In this document: in pieces, positions 62,445 to 64,000 of the stretch
How the letters are laid out: each line of letters starts with the position of its first letter
How positions within the stretch are numbered: position 1 is the stretch's first letter
NCBI GenBank assembly: GCA_965198225.1
Contig: CBDAOY010000007.1
Location: forward strand, 960,001 to 1,024,000
Source: Terriglobia bacterium
GTDB lineage: Bacteria > Acidobacteriota > Terriglobia > 20CM-2-55-15
Direction of reading: 5' to 3'
DNA length: 64,000 bases
The notes under the pieces: model-generated
Told to the model about the DNA's origin: nothing
The model's input: the letters and a program-made list of their open reading frames with translations, nothing else
Databases searched by the model: none
Made by a program: the position numbers and the translations under genes

Positions 62445-63757
62445 TCTTCTTTCATCACCAGTGTTTTTGCGTGTTTCGAGCGGAACAGGTAGGCCACGTA
62501 GCCGAGGGTGAGCGTGGCGATTCCGGTCAGAGTCGAGATCGGTTGGGACTGGATGCTCCACACGGTGATCCAGAGGGCAAAGATCGTGAAGATCAGCGGC
62601 GGGATGGGGTAGCCGATACAGATGCGGTGAGTGGAGCGGCCGGATCGGCGGAGGCGGAACAGGCTGATCACCGTCAGCGCCGCAAAAATGTTCAGAGTGA
62701 AACCGATGTAGATCAGCAACGCGGTGAACGACGACGTCAGCGCAATCAGCACCGCAAGGGTTGCCTGGAAGAACACGGCGAAACTGGGGACATTCCGATG
62801 ATTGAGTCTGCCGAAACGCTCGGGAAGAAACCCGTCCCGGGCCATGGCCTCGGCGACGCGCGGGCCGGTCAGGAGCATGGCGCTGATCGGAGCGATCAGG
62901 GTCACGGCGATCAAGGTCGACACGAGCCGCCCGCCCTCGGGTCCCCAGACGGTCCTCGCGACGAGGTAGCCGACTTCTTCGACGCCGGAGAGTTCCTCGA
63001 GTCCTACGGATCGCAAAAAGGAAAGGTTGACGAGAAAATACAGGAGCGTGACGCCGCCCGCGCCCCATAGCAAAGAGCGAGGCAGGTTGCGCTCCGGCCG
63101 ATCGATCTCCGTCCCGATGTATGCCGCAGCATTCCAACCGCTGTAGGCGAACGAGATGAACACAAGAACGACCGCGAACGACGACGAGGTCCAGAATCCG
63201 GGATTGAACGTCAGGGGGGACCCCGACCTGACGTCCGGTCCGGCGAAGAGGATGCCGAACACGAACGCCAGGAGCAGGAGCACCTTGATGGCGATCATGA
63301 TGGTCTGTACCCGGCTTCCGAGTTTCAGATCATATGCGTGGAGCAGGGCGAGCAACAGAATCGTTCCCGCCGCCATCCCCCGGACGGGCCAGTTCGGCAA
63401 AATGGTGCCGACGTAGAGATGCATGGCCATGGCCGATGCTGCGATCGGGGCGGCAAACCCGACGATCAGGGAAACCCAGCCGGAAATGAAACCTGCGGCC
63501 GGGTGGAGAAGCCGGCTCAGATAATGGTATTCGCCGCCCGAGGCCGGGAAGTGTGCACCGATCTCCCCGTAACAGAGGGCGCCGCACAGGGCGATTGCGC
63601 CGCCGACCAGCCACCCGAGGAGAATGTCGCCGCCTTCGGCACCCATGGACACCATCAACCCGGTCGTCGTGAAGATGCCGGTGCCGATCATGCTCGAGAC
63701 GACGATCGCCGAAGCCGGTATCGCGCCCAGAACACGGCGGTTTTCGGTGTCTCTCAC
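62441..63757 (-). CDS. APC-family amino acid permease
   Basis: MIGTGIF, GGEYHYL and FAYSGWN motifs; about 12 TM helices. Confidence 0.92.
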   Translation of the reverse strand: MRDTENRRVLGAIPASAIVVSSMIGTGIFTTTGLMVSMGAEGGDILLGWLVGGAIALCGALCYGEIGAHFPASGGEYHYLSRLLHPAAGFISGWVSLIVGFAAPIAASAMAMHLYVGTILPNWPVRGMAAGTILLLALLHAYDLKLGSRVQTIMIAIKVLLLLAFVFGILFAGPDVRSGSPLTFNPGFWTSSSFAVVLVFISFAYSGWNAAAYIGTEIDRPERNLPRSLLWGAGGVTLLYFLVNLSFLRSVGLEELSGVEEVGYLVARTVWGPEGGRLVSTLIAVTLIAPISAMLLTGPRVAEAMARDGFLPERFGRLNHRNVPSFAVFFQATLAVLIALTSSFTALLIYIGFTLNIFAALTVISLFRLRRSGRSTHRICIGYPIPPLIFTIFALWITVWSIQSQPISTLTGIATLTLGYVAYLFRSKHAKTLVMKED

Positions 63758-63827
63758 GTCCAGGGAATCCTACCAGACTTGCCACGCGGGCCAGATGAAA
63801 TGATGTAATACGAGTGAGGTCTGTTCG

Positions 63828-64000
63828 ATGCGTGTCTGTTACGGTCCCGGCTACACCATCCCTCTGCCGCACACCCATCCGTTTCCGATGGGCAAGTACG
63901 AGGCGCTCTACCGGATTCTGATCGAAGAGGGCTTGATCGTTCCCGCCGACGCGCACGATCCCGGCGAAGCGGATTGGAGCGACCTGGCCTTGGTGCATAC
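63828..64000 (+). CDS. Histone deacetylase family protein (partial, runs off the window end)
   Basis: Manual translation MRVCYGPGYTIPLPHTHPFPMGKYEALY...DLALVH matches the HxFPMxKY / LxLVH N-terminal HDAC motifs. Confidence 0.85.
   Translation, partial: MRVCYGPGYTIPLPHTHPFPMGKYEALYRILIEEGLIVPADAHDPGEADWSDLALVH

Overview
GC-rich bacterial chromosomal segment, most consistent with Acidobacteriota (inferred from gene content and style, not from a marker search). Core genes in order: PBP1A and lepA; ROK kinase, rhodanese, purine nucleoside phosphorylase, NupC, macrodomain and DUF2007 genes; a cytochrome c maturation operon with a Cys-type CcmE; a Tat-signal aminotransferase, an orphan E1-alpha, an NHL/PAL protein and VKOR-DsbA; queF and transketolase; tRNA-Ser(CGA); a 1533-aa SBBP/YVTN secreted protein; a sigma54 two-component system with a permease-less TolC/MFP/two-ATPase exporter; tadA, three peptidases, sufT and an opp operon; an APC permease and a partial HDAC gene. 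Accessory DNA: an AT-richer islet (about 4.7-11 kb) with an AraC gene, a secreted Cys-rich gene split by an IS21 element (6-bp target duplication, atypical ends) and a beta-propeller gene. The strongest unannotated signals are non-coding: a promoter-to-terminator RNA of about 200 nt with repeated GGA-loop hairpins (Csr/Rsm sponge-like), a second sRNA candidate of about 60 nt, CTAG-flanked MITEs that share a covarying structured body but have different terminal repeats, a REP/BIME array, and many inverted 7-9-mer tandem arrays at gene boundaries. All calls were made by eye; no searches or folding were run.
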